DNA from: Candidatus Harrisonbacteria bacterium
GTDB lineage: Bacteria > Patescibacteriota > Minisyncoccia > UBA6257 > 1-14-0-10-44-23
Reading direction: 5' to 3'
NCBI GenBank assembly: GCA_023244975.1
Contig: JAHFLG010000012.1
Coordinates: 1 to 58,015 of the forward strand
DNA: 58,015 bases
The notes under the pieces are model-generated. The model had not been told where the DNA came from. It ran no database searches and was given only the letters and a program-made list of their open reading frames with translations. The translations under genes and the position numbers were made by a program. Shown here one piece after another: positions 17,621-27,349 of the stretch (its first letter is position 1; each line of letters begins with the position of its first letter).

Positions 17621-19009
17621 ATGTTGAAGAACTTTTTGGAGATTCCGTACGATGAGCTCGAGGAGATGAACCTTAAGACTCTCTCTGAGGCTGAGTATAG
17701 AGAGTATTTGAAAAAAGAAAAGAGGATTAAGGCGGTGACCTTGTGCTTCTCGGATCTTGAAGGTCGCTTCCATATGCTTGATTATGATAAGAAGTTTTTG
17801 CTCGGCAGCGCTGACAATTTAACTTTTGACGGTTCGTCTATCCGCGGCTTTTCCCAACAGAGCGAGAGCGACCTGCGCCTCGACATCGATTGGACCAGCT
17901 TCCGGTCGCTACCGTCGGATATTTTTGGCTCGGGCAAGGTGATTATGTTTGCTAATGTGTTAAACCGCGACAAGAGTCCGTACGAGAGTGATTTTCGCGC
18001 ACAATTGCAGATGTATGCGAACAGCCTCAAGAAAAAAGAGGGCTACACCCTCAACGCGGCAACCGAAATCGAAGGATTTTTGGTAGACGGAGTTAATGCT
18101 GAAGCAGAGTATGAAACCAAAGGCTTTAGTTTGATTTCAAGCGGCGGATATTATCATTCGTTACCGATGGACCGGCTGCGTCAGTTTATCGACCGCGCTG
18201 CTGAGGCTCAGCGAGCCATGGGATTTCGAAATGAAAAAGATCACCCGGAAGTCGCGCCATCGCAATTCGAAATGAATTTTTCCTATGCCGATGTGATACG
18301 CGCTGCCGACAACATCCAATTGTATAAATTGGTTGCTCGTCAGGTTGCCAACTCCCTGGGTATGACTGCAACCTTTCTGCCGAAACCGGTCACCGGGATT
18401 AACGGCAGCGGTATGCACACCAATATGTCGATAGCTAAAGCAGGGAAGAACTTATTCCACGATGCCAAGGGCAAAGACGGGCTGAGCAAGATGGGCTGGG
18501 ACTTTACGATGCGCGTGCTCAATCATGCTCCGGAAATTTGTTTGCCGCTTAACTCCAGTGTCAACGCCTATCGTCGCCTCGACCCGCACTTTGAAGCGCC
18601 AAACCAGATAAAAGTCTCGGCTATTGATCGGGGATCAATGATTCGGATTCCGGTTGGCAACGAGCGCAGCGCGCGTATCGAAGTTCGTTCCGTGGCCCCA
18701 GACAGCAACCCGTACTTGGTCCTCTACACCTTGTTCCGTACCGGCCTTGAAGGTAAGCCGCTAAAGAAAGACACCGACAAGCGCGACCGGCTGCGCTTTT
18801 TGCCGGACAACATTAATGACGCGATCAAATTGTTTAAGTCCAGTGATTTTATCACCAAGCTGCTCGGTCAGGTCAATCAAGACAAGGTTGTCAGCTACAA
18901 GCAGGCGGCTGCAGATCGCAGCCCCAAGGCTCTCGGCACTATGGTCAAAGCTTCCGAAGTCATCTACCACCACGAGGTCACCAACCAAGTCCTCTGGAAC
19001 CGGTTTTAG
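17621..19009 (+). CDS. glnA: glutamine synthetase family protein
   Basis: GS catalytic-domain motifs (HPEVAPSQFEMNF, NGSGMHTNMS, AYRRL). Confidence 0.8.
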   Translation: MLKNFLEIPYDELEEMNLKTLSEAEYREYLKKEKRIKAVTLCFSDLEGRFHMLDYDKKFLLGSADNLTFDGSSIRGFSQQSESDLRLDIDWTSFRSLPSDIFGSGKVIMFANVLNRDKSPYESDFRAQLQMYANSLKKKEGYTLNAATEIEGFLVDGVNAEAEYETKGFSLISSGGYYHSLPMDRLRQFIDRAAEAQRAMGFRNEKDHPEVAPSQFEMNFSYADVIRAADNIQLYKLVARQVANSLGMTATFLPKPVTGINGSGMHTNMSIAKAGKNLFHDAKGKDGLSKMGWDFTMRVLNHAPEICLPLNSSVNAYRRLDPHFEAPNQIKVSAIDRGSMIRIPVGNERSARIEVRSVAPDSNPYLVLYTLFRTGLEGKPLKKDTDKRDRLRFLPDNINDAIKLFKSSDFITKLLGQVNQDKVVSYKQAAADRSPKALGTMVKASEVIYHHEVTNQVLWNRF

Positions 19010-19020
19010 ATTTCAGAGCC

Positions 19021-19049
19021 TTGAAATAGAGCCAGATTTACGCTATACT
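19021..19049 (+). promoter_or_regulatory. sigma70-like promoter for purL
   Basis: TTGAAA-17 nt-TATACT. The -10 ends 13 nt before the purL ATG, implying a very short SD-less leader. Confidence 0.5.
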
Positions 19050-19062
19050 ACGTTTCTACCAT

Positions 19063-21942
19063 ATGGTACCTCACATTGTTGACGTATATCCTGTGGTTCC
19101 GGATAGCCGCGGAGAGGTTAGAAAGCGGCAATTTGAGCAGGTCTGTCATGGGAGCGTTACCGAGGTGCATGTATTTGAGCGGTATCTGATTGACGCGAAA
19201 CTTACCCCGACTCAGCTTTCAGTCGCAGCTAGCGCACTCGCCAACAGTACGTTTGAGAAGGCGAGCATCAATCCAAAAAAGTCAGCATTCACGTTTCAGT
19301 ACGCAATCGAGATTGGGTTTCTCTCCGGAGTGACCGACAACGTCGGGGCAACCGCCAAGGAGAGCATTGAAGACACCCTGAAGAAGAAGTTTAAAGACCG
19401 CGAGGCAGTATATAGCTCGCAGGTCTTTTTTGTTTCAGGTTCGCTGAGTGAAGCTGATGCTAACGCCATAGCCGACACGATTTATAATCCACTTATTCAG
19501 CGCGCTTCTATATATAGGTATGCTCAGTACGGTAAGGCGCTTAAAGCCGGAGCAGTAGTGCCGCGCGTTTCACTGAGGCCAGTGACAACGAGCGTGGTAA
19601 ATCTTGACCTCAGCGACGCAGAACTTATTGAGATCGGAAAAAGCGGAATCAAAAATATTGATGGTAGCCGTCGTGGCCCCCTAGCGCTTGATTTAGGGTC
19701 CATGAAGGTCATTCGAAATTATTTTAAAGGGCTTGGCCGCAACCCTAACGATATTGAATTAGAAAGTTTGGCGCAGACCTGGAGCGAGCACTGCAAACAC
19801 ACCATTTTTGCCGGGCCACTCGACGAGGTGAGCGAGGGGATCTACAAGCGCTACATCAAAGGCGCGACCAATGATATTAGAAAGGCTAAGGGTAACAACG
19901 ATTTTTGCGTTTCGGTATTTAAAGACAACTCCGGCGCGATTGTATTTGACGATGAGCACGTGGTAACGCACAAGGTAGAGACGCATAACAGCCCGTCGGC
20001 GCTCGACCCATTTGGCGGAGCCATTACTGGTATTTTGGGAGTGAACCGCGACACCCTTGGCTTTGGCCTTGGCGCTAAGCCGGTTATTAATTATTACGGA
20101 TTTTGTTTTGCCGATCCTCGCGACACAACGGTGCTCTATCGCGATCAGGCCAAGACTCAGAAGCTACTCTCAGCGCGGCGCATTATGGACGGCGTGATTG
20201 CCGGAGTTAACGCCGGTGGTAACTGCTCGGGTATTCCAACGCCACAAGGGTTTGTGAATTTTCATCCACGCTTTCGCGGTAAGCCGTTAGTATTTGTCGG
20301 AACGGTCGGCCTGATGCCGCGCAAAAAAGCCGGTCGCGATCTGATTAGTAAGAAAGCCCAACCTGGAGATTACGTCGTCATGGTTGGTGGTCGCGTTGGC
20401 CAAGACGGCATTCATGGCGCTACCTTTTCATCAGTTGTCTTAGACAGCGCCAGTCCGGCAACGGCGGTGCAGATAGGCGACCCCATTACTCAGAAAAAAA
20501 TGTCTGATGCGGTAGTGAAGGAGGCGCGCGATCTGAATTTGTACTCCAGTATTACCGACAACGGCGCCGGCGGCCTGTCATGTTCGGTTGCAGAGATGGC
20601 GCGCGAATCAAATGGTTTTGAAGTTGATCTCGCAACAGTGCCGGTCAAGTATCCGGGACTCGCGCCGTGGCAGATCTGGATCTCGGAAAGTCAGGAGCGG
20701 CTGACGTTGGCGGTGCCGCCGAAAAAATGGAATCAATTTCAGAAGTTGATGGCTTCGCGTGGCGTGGAGGCTACGCGCATCGGTACATTTACTGAAAGCG
20801 GCAAAGCGATTGTGAAACATAAGGGTAAGACCGTGATGAGCATCGAACTCGAGTTTTTGCACGAAGGACTACCGGTGAAATATCAGACGAGCAAGAAACC
20901 GGTTATGAGTGCTCAAGTTTCAAGTGGCAAGTTGCAGGTTTCAAATCAGGTGCTACTTGATTTACTTGCGATGCCTGGTGTTACCAGTACGGCATTTATT
21001 TCTAGCCAGTATGATCAGGAGGTGCAGGGGAGCTCGGTGACCAAGCCGCTCCAGGGTCGTGGCAGAGTGAATGCGGATGCCACTGTCAGCCGGCCACTGC
21101 TTACTTCGAACAAAGGCGTGGTCTTAGGGCAGGGTTTGTATCCGGAGTATTCAGAGGCTGACCCGTATCGGATGGCTGCGGCAGCGATTGATACTGCCAT
21201 TCGTAGTGGAGTAGCAGCCGGCGCCGATCCTGATTATATGGCAATTTTGGACAACTTCTGCTGGTCGAGCTCTGATGAGCCCGAGCGATTGTATCAACTT
21301 AAAGAAGCGGCCAGGGCCTGCTATGACTATGCGACTGCGTTTGGCACTCCGTTTATTTCCGGCAAGGACAGTATGTTTAATGACTTTAAAGGATTCGACG
21401 CGGATGGCAAGCCGGTAAAGATTTCTGCACCACCGACCCTGCTTATCTCTTCTATCAGTGTTATTCCGGATATGACTAAGTCGGTTACCTTAGATTTCAA
21501 AAAACCCGGCGATCTCATATATATAGTAGGCGAGACGCACGACGAGGCAGGCCAGGTGCCGGCAGTGGATGCCGCAACTAATCTCGCGGCCTATCGAGCG
21601 CTGCACCAGGCTATTAAAAAAGATCTGATTGTGTCGGCTGTGAGTTTGTCGCGTTACGGACTAGTTCTAGCTCTTACTCGGTCGGCGATTGCCGGCCAAC
21701 TTGGAGCCGTGATTTCGACCGATGGCGACCTGCTGAGTGAAACTCAGGGCAGGATCTTGGTCAGCGTCGCGCCGCAGCAGCAAAAGGCATTTGAAAAAGC
21801 TATGGCGGGTGTCTTTACTGCCCAGCTTGGGACGGTTACCGAGAATTCAGACATCGCTATCAGCAGCGGTGGTACGACGGTGCTGTCTCTGCCGCTCGAC
21901 AAAGCAACTAAGGCGTATCACTCAACATTTAAAAACTATTAA
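19063..21942 (+). CDS. purL: FGAM synthase subunit PurL with an N-terminal PurS-like extension
   Basis: PurL core (WSEHCKHTIF, DNSGAIVFDD, ETHNSPSALDPFGGA, duplicated AIRS-like halves). About 170 extra N-terminal residues. 959 aa. Confidence 0.85.
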   Translation: MVPHIVDVYPVVPDSRGEVRKRQFEQVCHGSVTEVHVFERYLIDAKLTPTQLSVAASALANSTFEKASINPKKSAFTFQYAIEIGFLSGVTDNVGATAKESIEDTLKKKFKDREAVYSSQVFFVSGSLSEADANAIADTIYNPLIQRASIYRYAQYGKALKAGAVVPRVSLRPVTTSVVNLDLSDAELIEIGKSGIKNIDGSRRGPLALDLGSMKVIRNYFKGLGRNPNDIELESLAQTWSEHCKHTIFAGPLDEVSEGIYKRYIKGATNDIRKAKGNNDFCVSVFKDNSGAIVFDDEHVVTHKVETHNSPSALDPFGGAITGILGVNRDTLGFGLGAKPVINYYGFCFADPRDTTVLYRDQAKTQKLLSARRIMDGVIAGVNAGGNCSGIPTPQGFVNFHPRFRGKPLVFVGTVGLMPRKKAGRDLISKKAQPGDYVVMVGGRVGQDGIHGATFSSVVLDSASPATAVQIGDPITQKKMSDAVVKEARDLNLYSSITDNGAGGLSCSVAEMARESNGFEVDLATVPVKYPGLAPWQIWISESQERLTLAVPPKKWNQFQKLMASRGVEATRIGTFTESGKAIVKHKGKTVMSIELEFLHEGLPVKYQTSKKPVMSAQVSSGKLQVSNQVLLDLLAMPGVTSTAFISSQYDQEVQGSSVTKPLQGRGRVNADATVSRPLLTSNKGVVLGQGLYPEYSEADPYRMAAAAIDTAIRSGVAAGADPDYMAILDNFCWSSSDEPERLYQLKEAARACYDYATAFGTPFISGKDSMFNDFKGFDADGKPVKISAPPTLLISSISVIPDMTKSVTLDFKKPGDLIYIVGETHDEAGQVPAVDAATNLAAYRALHQAIKKDLIVSAVSLSRYGLVLALTRSAIAGQLGAVISTDGDLLSETQGRILVSVAPQQQKAFEKAMAGVFTAQLGTVTENSDIAISSGGTTVLSLPLDKATKAYHSTFKNY

Positions 21943-21943
21943 T

Positions 21944-22711
21944 ATGTCTAAGCCCAAAGTAATTGTATTTTCAGGATACGGCCTCAACTGCGAAGAGGAG
22001 ACACTCTTTGCCTTTACTCAGGCTGGGGCAGTTGGTGAGATTGTTCACATCAACGATATTATTTCCAAAAAGAAAAAACTGGCTGACTATCAGATTGCTG
22101 CTCTTCCTGGTGGCTTCTCGTATGGCGATGACACCGGCAGCGGCAAAGCCTATGCCAACAAACTCAAGAATCATCTCAGCGGCGATCTTAAAACGTTTGC
22201 CGAAAGCGACAAGTTAATCATTGGTATTTGCAATGGCTTCCAGATTTTGACCAACACCGGCCTGCTGCCGGGCGCGCTCCTTGCTAATGACAGCGCCCGC
22301 TACACTGTGCGCTGGGTAGATGTGAAGGTGACCTCGGAAAGTCCGTGGCTGACTGGCATCAAAACTATGATGCTGCCGGTAGCTCATGGCGAAGGAAAAT
22401 ATTATGCCGACAAAAAAACCTTAGCGAGTCTGAAAAGACACGATCAGGTTGCACTCCACTACACAAAAGGGGAAATAAGTAAGCATTTTAATCTGCCGCC
22501 AAATCCAAACGGTGCCTTAGAGGACATCGCGGGCATAACAGGGTATACTGGAAGAGTACTGGGTCTCATGCCGCATCCGGAGCGAGCGATGTTTTTCACT
22601 CAGCTGCCGCACTGGACCTATCTAAAGGCTCATAACGCAAAGGTTCTGCTATCAGGCGAAGGTCCCGGACTTCAGATATTTCGCAACGCGGTTAATTATT
22701 TTTCAAAATAA
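21944..22711 (+). CDS. purQ: FGAM synthase glutaminase subunit PurQ
   Basis: Class I GATase: GICNGFQIL nucleophile elbow and MPHPER. Start at MSKPKVIVFSGYG, 1 nt after the purL stop. Confidence 0.85.
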   Translation: MSKPKVIVFSGYGLNCEEETLFAFTQAGAVGEIVHINDIISKKKKLADYQIAALPGGFSYGDDTGSGKAYANKLKNHLSGDLKTFAESDKLIIGICNGFQILTNTGLLPGALLANDSARYTVRWVDVKVTSESPWLTGIKTMMLPVAHGEGKYYADKKTLASLKRHDQVALHYTKGEISKHFNLPPNPNGALEDIAGITGYTGRVLGLMPHPERAMFFTQLPHWTYLKAHNAKVLLSGEGPGLQIFRNAVNYFSK

Positions 22712-22712
22712 T

Positions 22713-24125
22713 ATGATGGATGAGCTGAATGAAAAATGTGCTATCTTTGGTATTTTCGGTAAAGGCCTGGATGTCAGCCGTTTAAGTTTTTACGGATTGT
22801 TTGCGCTCCAGCACCGCGGTCAGGAAAGTTCGGGTATTTCCGTAAGCGATGGCTGGAAGATTGAGGCGCACAAGCACATGGGACTGGTAACCCAGGCCTA
22901 TGGCGAAGACGATATTAAACGGCTTAAGGGTCATATCGCCATCGGCCACAACCGCTATTCAACCTCGGCTGGTACCGGACTGCTGCACGCTCAGCCGGTA
23001 CTTTCCCGCGACGGCAGTATGGCTCTAGCGCACAACGGCAATTTGCCGTCGGTTGCGGCGCTGGAAGCATTTTTGAATGAAAAAGGTATCCCGACTAAGG
23101 ATCGTACCGACAGCGAAATGATGGCCGACGCGATCGGCTATTACATGGAGAAGGGGAGAAATGTCACTGACGCGATCACCCGAGCCTTTCCGTTATTTAC
23201 GGGGGCTTTTTCAGTTGTCGTGATGACCAAGGATACCCTGGTTGCCTTCCGTGACCACTGCGGCATTCGGCCGCTGGTGATGGGCAAGTTAAATGGTGGG
23301 TATGTATTTGCTTCTGAGACCTGTGCCTTTGCCACTATTGGCGCCGAGTTTATCCGCGAGGTGGCTCCGGGCGAGATGGTGTCGGTCATGGAGCGGGGAG
23401 TGAAGTCATTTAAACTTGCCGAACCAAATCAAAAGTTGGATATCTTTGAGTTTGTCTATTTTGCCCGACCGGACTCGGAGCTACTTGGCCAGTCGGTCTA
23501 TCAAGTCCGCCGACGCTGTGGCGAGATTCTTGCCAAAGAAAATCCCCTTAAGGTTGATATGATCGTGCCCGTGCCGGAAACGGCTATTCCGGTCGCCGTT
23601 GGTTATGCCGCAGCAACCGGAATCCCATTTGAAATGGCGATTGTTAAGAATCGCTACATCCATCGCACCTTTATCGAACCCGATCCACACTCGCGTGACT
23701 TGGGCGTGAAATTAAAACTGATTCCGCTACCGAACGTATTAAAAGGAAAGAAAATCGCTCTTATTGATGACTCAATTGTCCGCGGCACCACTTCCGCTAA
23801 ACTGGTGAAGGCGCTTTTTGAGGCCGGAGCAAAGGAGGTTCATTTTATGGTGAGTTCACCACCGGTGCGCTTCCCGGATTTTTACGGTATTGATACTCCG
23901 CAGCAGGCCAAGCTTATTGCCGCTACAAAAACTATTGGAGAAATAGGGAAGTTCCTAGGCGCGACGAGTTTACACTACCTCAGCCTTGATGGCCTAATTA
24001 AGGCGACCGGTCTGCCGCGCGAACAACTGAGCCTTTCCTGCTTTAACGGGGAGTATCCGGTAGATATTTTGGATCGCAAAGCCGAGATTGAATACAACCA
24101 ACTCACTCGTCCCGCTAATTGTTAG
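22713..24125 (+). CDS. purF: amidophosphoribosyltransferase
   Basis: Ntn Cys after a short propeptide (KCAIFGIFG), HRGQESSGI, and a PRTase loop (IALIDDSIVRGTTS). Confidence 0.9.
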   Translation: MMDELNEKCAIFGIFGKGLDVSRLSFYGLFALQHRGQESSGISVSDGWKIEAHKHMGLVTQAYGEDDIKRLKGHIAIGHNRYSTSAGTGLLHAQPVLSRDGSMALAHNGNLPSVAALEAFLNEKGIPTKDRTDSEMMADAIGYYMEKGRNVTDAITRAFPLFTGAFSVVVMTKDTLVAFRDHCGIRPLVMGKLNGGYVFASETCAFATIGAEFIREVAPGEMVSVMERGVKSFKLAEPNQKLDIFEFVYFARPDSELLGQSVYQVRRRCGEILAKENPLKVDMIVPVPETAIPVAVGYAAATGIPFEMAIVKNRYIHRTFIEPDPHSRDLGVKLKLIPLPNVLKGKKIALIDDSIVRGTTSAKLVKALFEAGAKEVHFMVSSPPVRFPDFYGIDTPQQAKLIAATKTIGEIGKFLGATSLHYLSLDGLIKATGLPREQLSLSCFNGEYPVDILDRKAEIEYNQLTRPANC

Positions 24126-24126
24126 A

Positions 24127-24401
24127 GACCCCAGGCAAACACTTCTTTTATGCCGCGATATAGACTAATTTCATACAGCGCCAGGAACGATATCGCAAGC
24201 AGTAGCTTTAGACTACTGCGAGAATATCGTGACGTAGCGATGGAGGAAATTCGTCATATCCCTTCGGGTTCGAGCCAGGTTCGTGATCTGCTGCGTTACT
24301 CCTCGGAGCCTATGGTAAACCATATGGTCTCCTCGGAGGTGCCTTGCAGCTCAGCAAACCTGGCGACGAACGCGGTTATAAAGCAGTGTTTGCCTGGGGT
24401 C
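24127..24401. other. 275-nt highly structured element bounded by a perfect 16-bp inverted repeat (candidate ncRNA or MITE)
   Basis: GACCCCAGGCAAACAC (24127-24142) pairs with GTGTTTGCCTGGGGTC (24386-24401). Further nested helices and internal hairpins, including a cUUCGg loop. Fills the purF-purN gap. Confidence 0.6.
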
Positions 24402-24403
24402 TT

Positions 24404-25111
24404 ATGAGAATAGCACTTTTAATTTCAGGCAGCGGTACTACTGCAACTGCGATCCTTAACGCAATCAAAACTGGCGAGCTCGCGGGAGTTGAACCGGCCT
24501 GCGTCATCGCAAGCCGACCCACTGCGCCCGGTATCGAACGTCTCGCGCAGGCCGGTTTTCCTAAAGACAAGATCTATGTTGCTTCGCCAAGGAGCGAAAC
24601 TTTTGGCGCAGAGATATTAAGAATTTGCAGCGACAATAAAGTTGATTTTATTGGCCAGTACGGCTGGTTGGCCATGACTCCGGAGAGTGTAATCGAGCAA
24701 TATAAAAGTATGATGGTGAACCAGCATGATGGGCCACTCGATCCCGGGCGACCGGATTTTGGTGGCGAGGGAATGTACGGTCTGCGCGTCTCGTGCGCGC
24801 GACTCCTCTTTGTGCGCAAGACTAATCATGATTTCTGGACCGAGGCGACCGCTCAGCGCGTGGCAGTACATTTTGATGAGGGTAGCGTCGTCAAAACCGC
24901 TCGCGTACCGATTTTAGAAAAGGATACGCCGGAAACCTTGGCAGCGCGGCTGCTGCCGGTTGAGCATCAGGTTGAGATAGATACCCTGTGCGACTTTGCA
25001 AACGGCACGGTCAAAGAAATCAAACGCGAAGTTCCGCTCGTTGCCCCTAATGAAATCGAGATTTTGAGGGAATGCAAAAAAGAGGCATTATTAACGTATC
25101 CGAGACGATGA
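24404..25111 (+). CDS. purN: divergent phosphoribosylglycinamide formyltransferase
   Basis: MRIALLISGSGTT N-terminus and an N-x-H...D formyltransferase core (VNQHDGPLDP, HFDEGSVV) with insertions. Position in the pur cluster. ATGA overlap with purD. Confidence 0.6.
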   Translation: MRIALLISGSGTTATAILNAIKTGELAGVEPACVIASRPTAPGIERLAQAGFPKDKIYVASPRSETFGAEILRICSDNKVDFIGQYGWLAMTPESVIEQYKSMMVNQHDGPLDPGRPDFGGEGMYGLRVSCARLLFVRKTNHDFWTEATAQRVAVHFDEGSVVKTARVPILEKDTPETLAARLLPVEHQVEIDTLCDFANGTVKEIKREVPLVAPNEIEILRECKKEALLTYPRR

Positions 25112-26391
25112 AGAAAAAAGTACTATTAGTCGGAGGGGGAGGCAGAGAGCATGCGCTGGCATGGAAGCTTGCTCAGTCACCACTGTTAGAAAAGCTGTAT
25201 ATTGCCCCCGGAAATGTTGGGATGAAAAATCTCGGCGAATTAGTGCCGATCAAAGCCAATGATATAAAGGGGCTGCTTGTCTTTGCCTTAGAAAAAAAGA
25301 TAGATTTGACCTTTGTAGGTCCGGACGAGCCGTTGGCTCTTGGTATTGTCGATGAATTTCAAAAGGCTGGATTACGGATATTCGGTCCATCAAGGGCCGC
25401 GGCAGAGATAGAGGCCTCAAAGGCGTTCTCTAAAGAGTTGATGGCGAAATATAATATTCCAACCGCCCAGTTTAAAGTATTCACTGAACTAGAGCCCGCC
25501 AAAGCATATGTGCGTGAGATGGGTGCTCCCATTGTGGTTAAGGCCAGTGGCTTGGCCTTAGGCAAAGGAGTATTTGTTTGTAACACTACTAACGAGGCTG
25601 AGGCAGCGCTCGAAGAGATGTTTGTTAATAAAATTTTTGGAGCAGCCGGAACCGAAGTGGTCATCGAAGAATTTTTGGACGGCCCGGAAATTTCTATTCA
25701 TGTTCTCAGCGACGGCATCAGCCACTATCTACTGCCAATTGCACAGGATCACAAGACCGTGTTTGAAGGCGGTAAGGGTCCAAACACTGGCGGCATGGGA
25801 ACGATCGCGCCTGTACAGTGGGTTACGAAAGAGCAGCTCACTGATATTGAAGAGCGAATCGTAAAGCCAACACTTGCCGCGCTCAAAAAAGAAGGCAGGG
25901 AGTTTTGTGGCCTGCTGTTTCCAGGCATCATGATGACAGCGAAGGGCCCGAAGGTATTGGAATTTAATGCTCGCTTTGGGGATCCGGAAACAGAGAGTTA
26001 TATGCGTTTATTGAAAACTGATCTGGTGGAGATCGCCGAGGCCTGTATCGACAAAAGATTAGGAAGTTTAAACATCGAATGGGAGAGTGGCGCGGCCTGC
26101 TGTATTATTTTAGCTTCTGCTGGATATCCAAGTGCATTTAATAAGGGGAAAGAGATAACTGGCATTGAAAATGCGGAGAAGATCCCCGGCGTAGTGGTTT
26201 TTCAAGCTGGCACAGAAATGAAGGACGGGAAGCTGGTGACCAATGGAGGCAGGGTATTAGCAGTGACGGCTCATGAAGGGAGTCTTGAGTTGGCGCGCCT
26301 TACTGCCTATCAAGCGGTAGATAAGATCAATTTTTTGGGTAAAACATTTCGGACCGATATTGGCAAAGGCAGTTTAAAACTAGTATCATAA
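25108..26391 (+). CDS. purD: phosphoribosylamine-glycine ligase
   Basis: GGGGREHALAWKL, ATP-grasp core, EFNARFGDPE. Confidence 0.9.
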   Translation: MKKKVLLVGGGGREHALAWKLAQSPLLEKLYIAPGNVGMKNLGELVPIKANDIKGLLVFALEKKIDLTFVGPDEPLALGIVDEFQKAGLRIFGPSRAAAEIEASKAFSKELMAKYNIPTAQFKVFTELEPAKAYVREMGAPIVVKASGLALGKGVFVCNTTNEAEAALEEMFVNKIFGAAGTEVVIEEFLDGPEISIHVLSDGISHYLLPIAQDHKTVFEGGKGPNTGGMGTIAPVQWVTKEQLTDIEERIVKPTLAALKKEGREFCGLLFPGIMMTAKGPKVLEFNARFGDPETESYMRLLKTDLVEIAEACIDKRLGSLNIEWESGAACCIILASAGYPSAFNKGKEITGIENAEKIPGVVVFQAGTEMKDGKLVTNGGRVLAVTAHEGSLELARLTAYQAVDKINFLGKTFRTDIGKGSLKLVS

Positions 26392-26395
26392 TTTT

Positions 26396-27331
26396 ATGAA
26401 ACTTAAGCCAATTTCTATAGTACTCATAGTATTGATAGTTTTTGGAGTTATTGGTGTCGTCATATATAAAGTCGAGCTAACGCTACAAACCAGAGTCGAG
26501 GCAGTATTTGCAGAAAAGCCAGCGTTGATCTGTCCGATTGGAACCATGGAGTTGAGCAGCTGCGGTTATTATTCAGTCTACCCCGATTTTTATTGGGATA
26601 AGCGTGCCGAGGAAACAAGTGACCAAAGATATTGTGGAGAGATCAAGGATGACTACCGGCGATCAGCTTGTTATGAGAGTATTGCTCAAGCCAAGCGCGA
26701 TGCCAATATTTGTCAGTATGCGACCGAAGACTTGGGTTGCGAAGAGCAGGTTGCATACAATATATATTGGGATTCTGGTAAAACCACTTTCGCTCCACCA
26801 ACAGTTCTTAATACTGTTTCAGTTGAAAAGGATCTCAGTCCTACTGTCCAAAAGATTATCGTTGCGCTCAGAGATAAGAATTTAGTCAGTCTTGAACCGT
26901 ATGTGGATTCGGAGAAAGGAGTTCTCTTCGGAGATCTGGGCGATTACGGCACAAAATTGATGCAGTCAGATCTAGCAACGGCTTTTACGAATTCCAAAAA
27001 GTATCCACTCCATTTATTTGTTAGTCATGATCCGGAACAAATTACATTTAAGCAATTTTTCGATCGCTATGTATGGTCTGAGTATACTGATACTGCTTCT
27101 GTGAAAGCAGTGTATTACATTGAGATGAAGGGACGCAAGAATATCGATGGGACAGTTTTTAAGGTAAATCCTAATGCATCCGCGCAGTTTATCTTGCCGA
27201 CAAAAAATAATCCGGAACCAATCAATAACACATTCATAAATCTTTATTTTGAGAAAAAGCAGGGCGCGTGGTATCTTATCGGTACGACTCATAGCGATGA
27301 TGATAGTAGGGGTCTAGGTGATGCTGATTAA
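26396..27331 (+). CDS. hypothetical membrane-anchored Cys-rich protein
   Basis: N-terminal TM helix and an extracytoplasmic domain with 8 Cys in the first ~100 residues. No recognisable family. Confidence 0.55.
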   Translation: MKLKPISIVLIVLIVFGVIGVVIYKVELTLQTRVEAVFAEKPALICPIGTMELSSCGYYSVYPDFYWDKRAEETSDQRYCGEIKDDYRRSACYESIAQAKRDANICQYATEDLGCEEQVAYNIYWDSGKTTFAPPTVLNTVSVEKDLSPTVQKIIVALRDKNLVSLEPYVDSEKGVLFGDLGDYGTKLMQSDLATAFTNSKKYPLHLFVSHDPEQITFKQFFDRYVWSEYTDTASVKAVYYIEMKGRKNIDGTVFKVNPNASAQFILPTKNNPEPINNTFINLYFEKKQGAWYLIGTTHSDDDSRGLGDAD

Positions 27332-27349
27332 CTAATGTAATCAAAATTT

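Noticed and set aside
24150-24407. 85-aa ORF inside the purF-purN structured element
   Set aside because: The sequence is explained by nested inverted repeats. The ORF has no coding-like composition or start context and overlaps the purN start.
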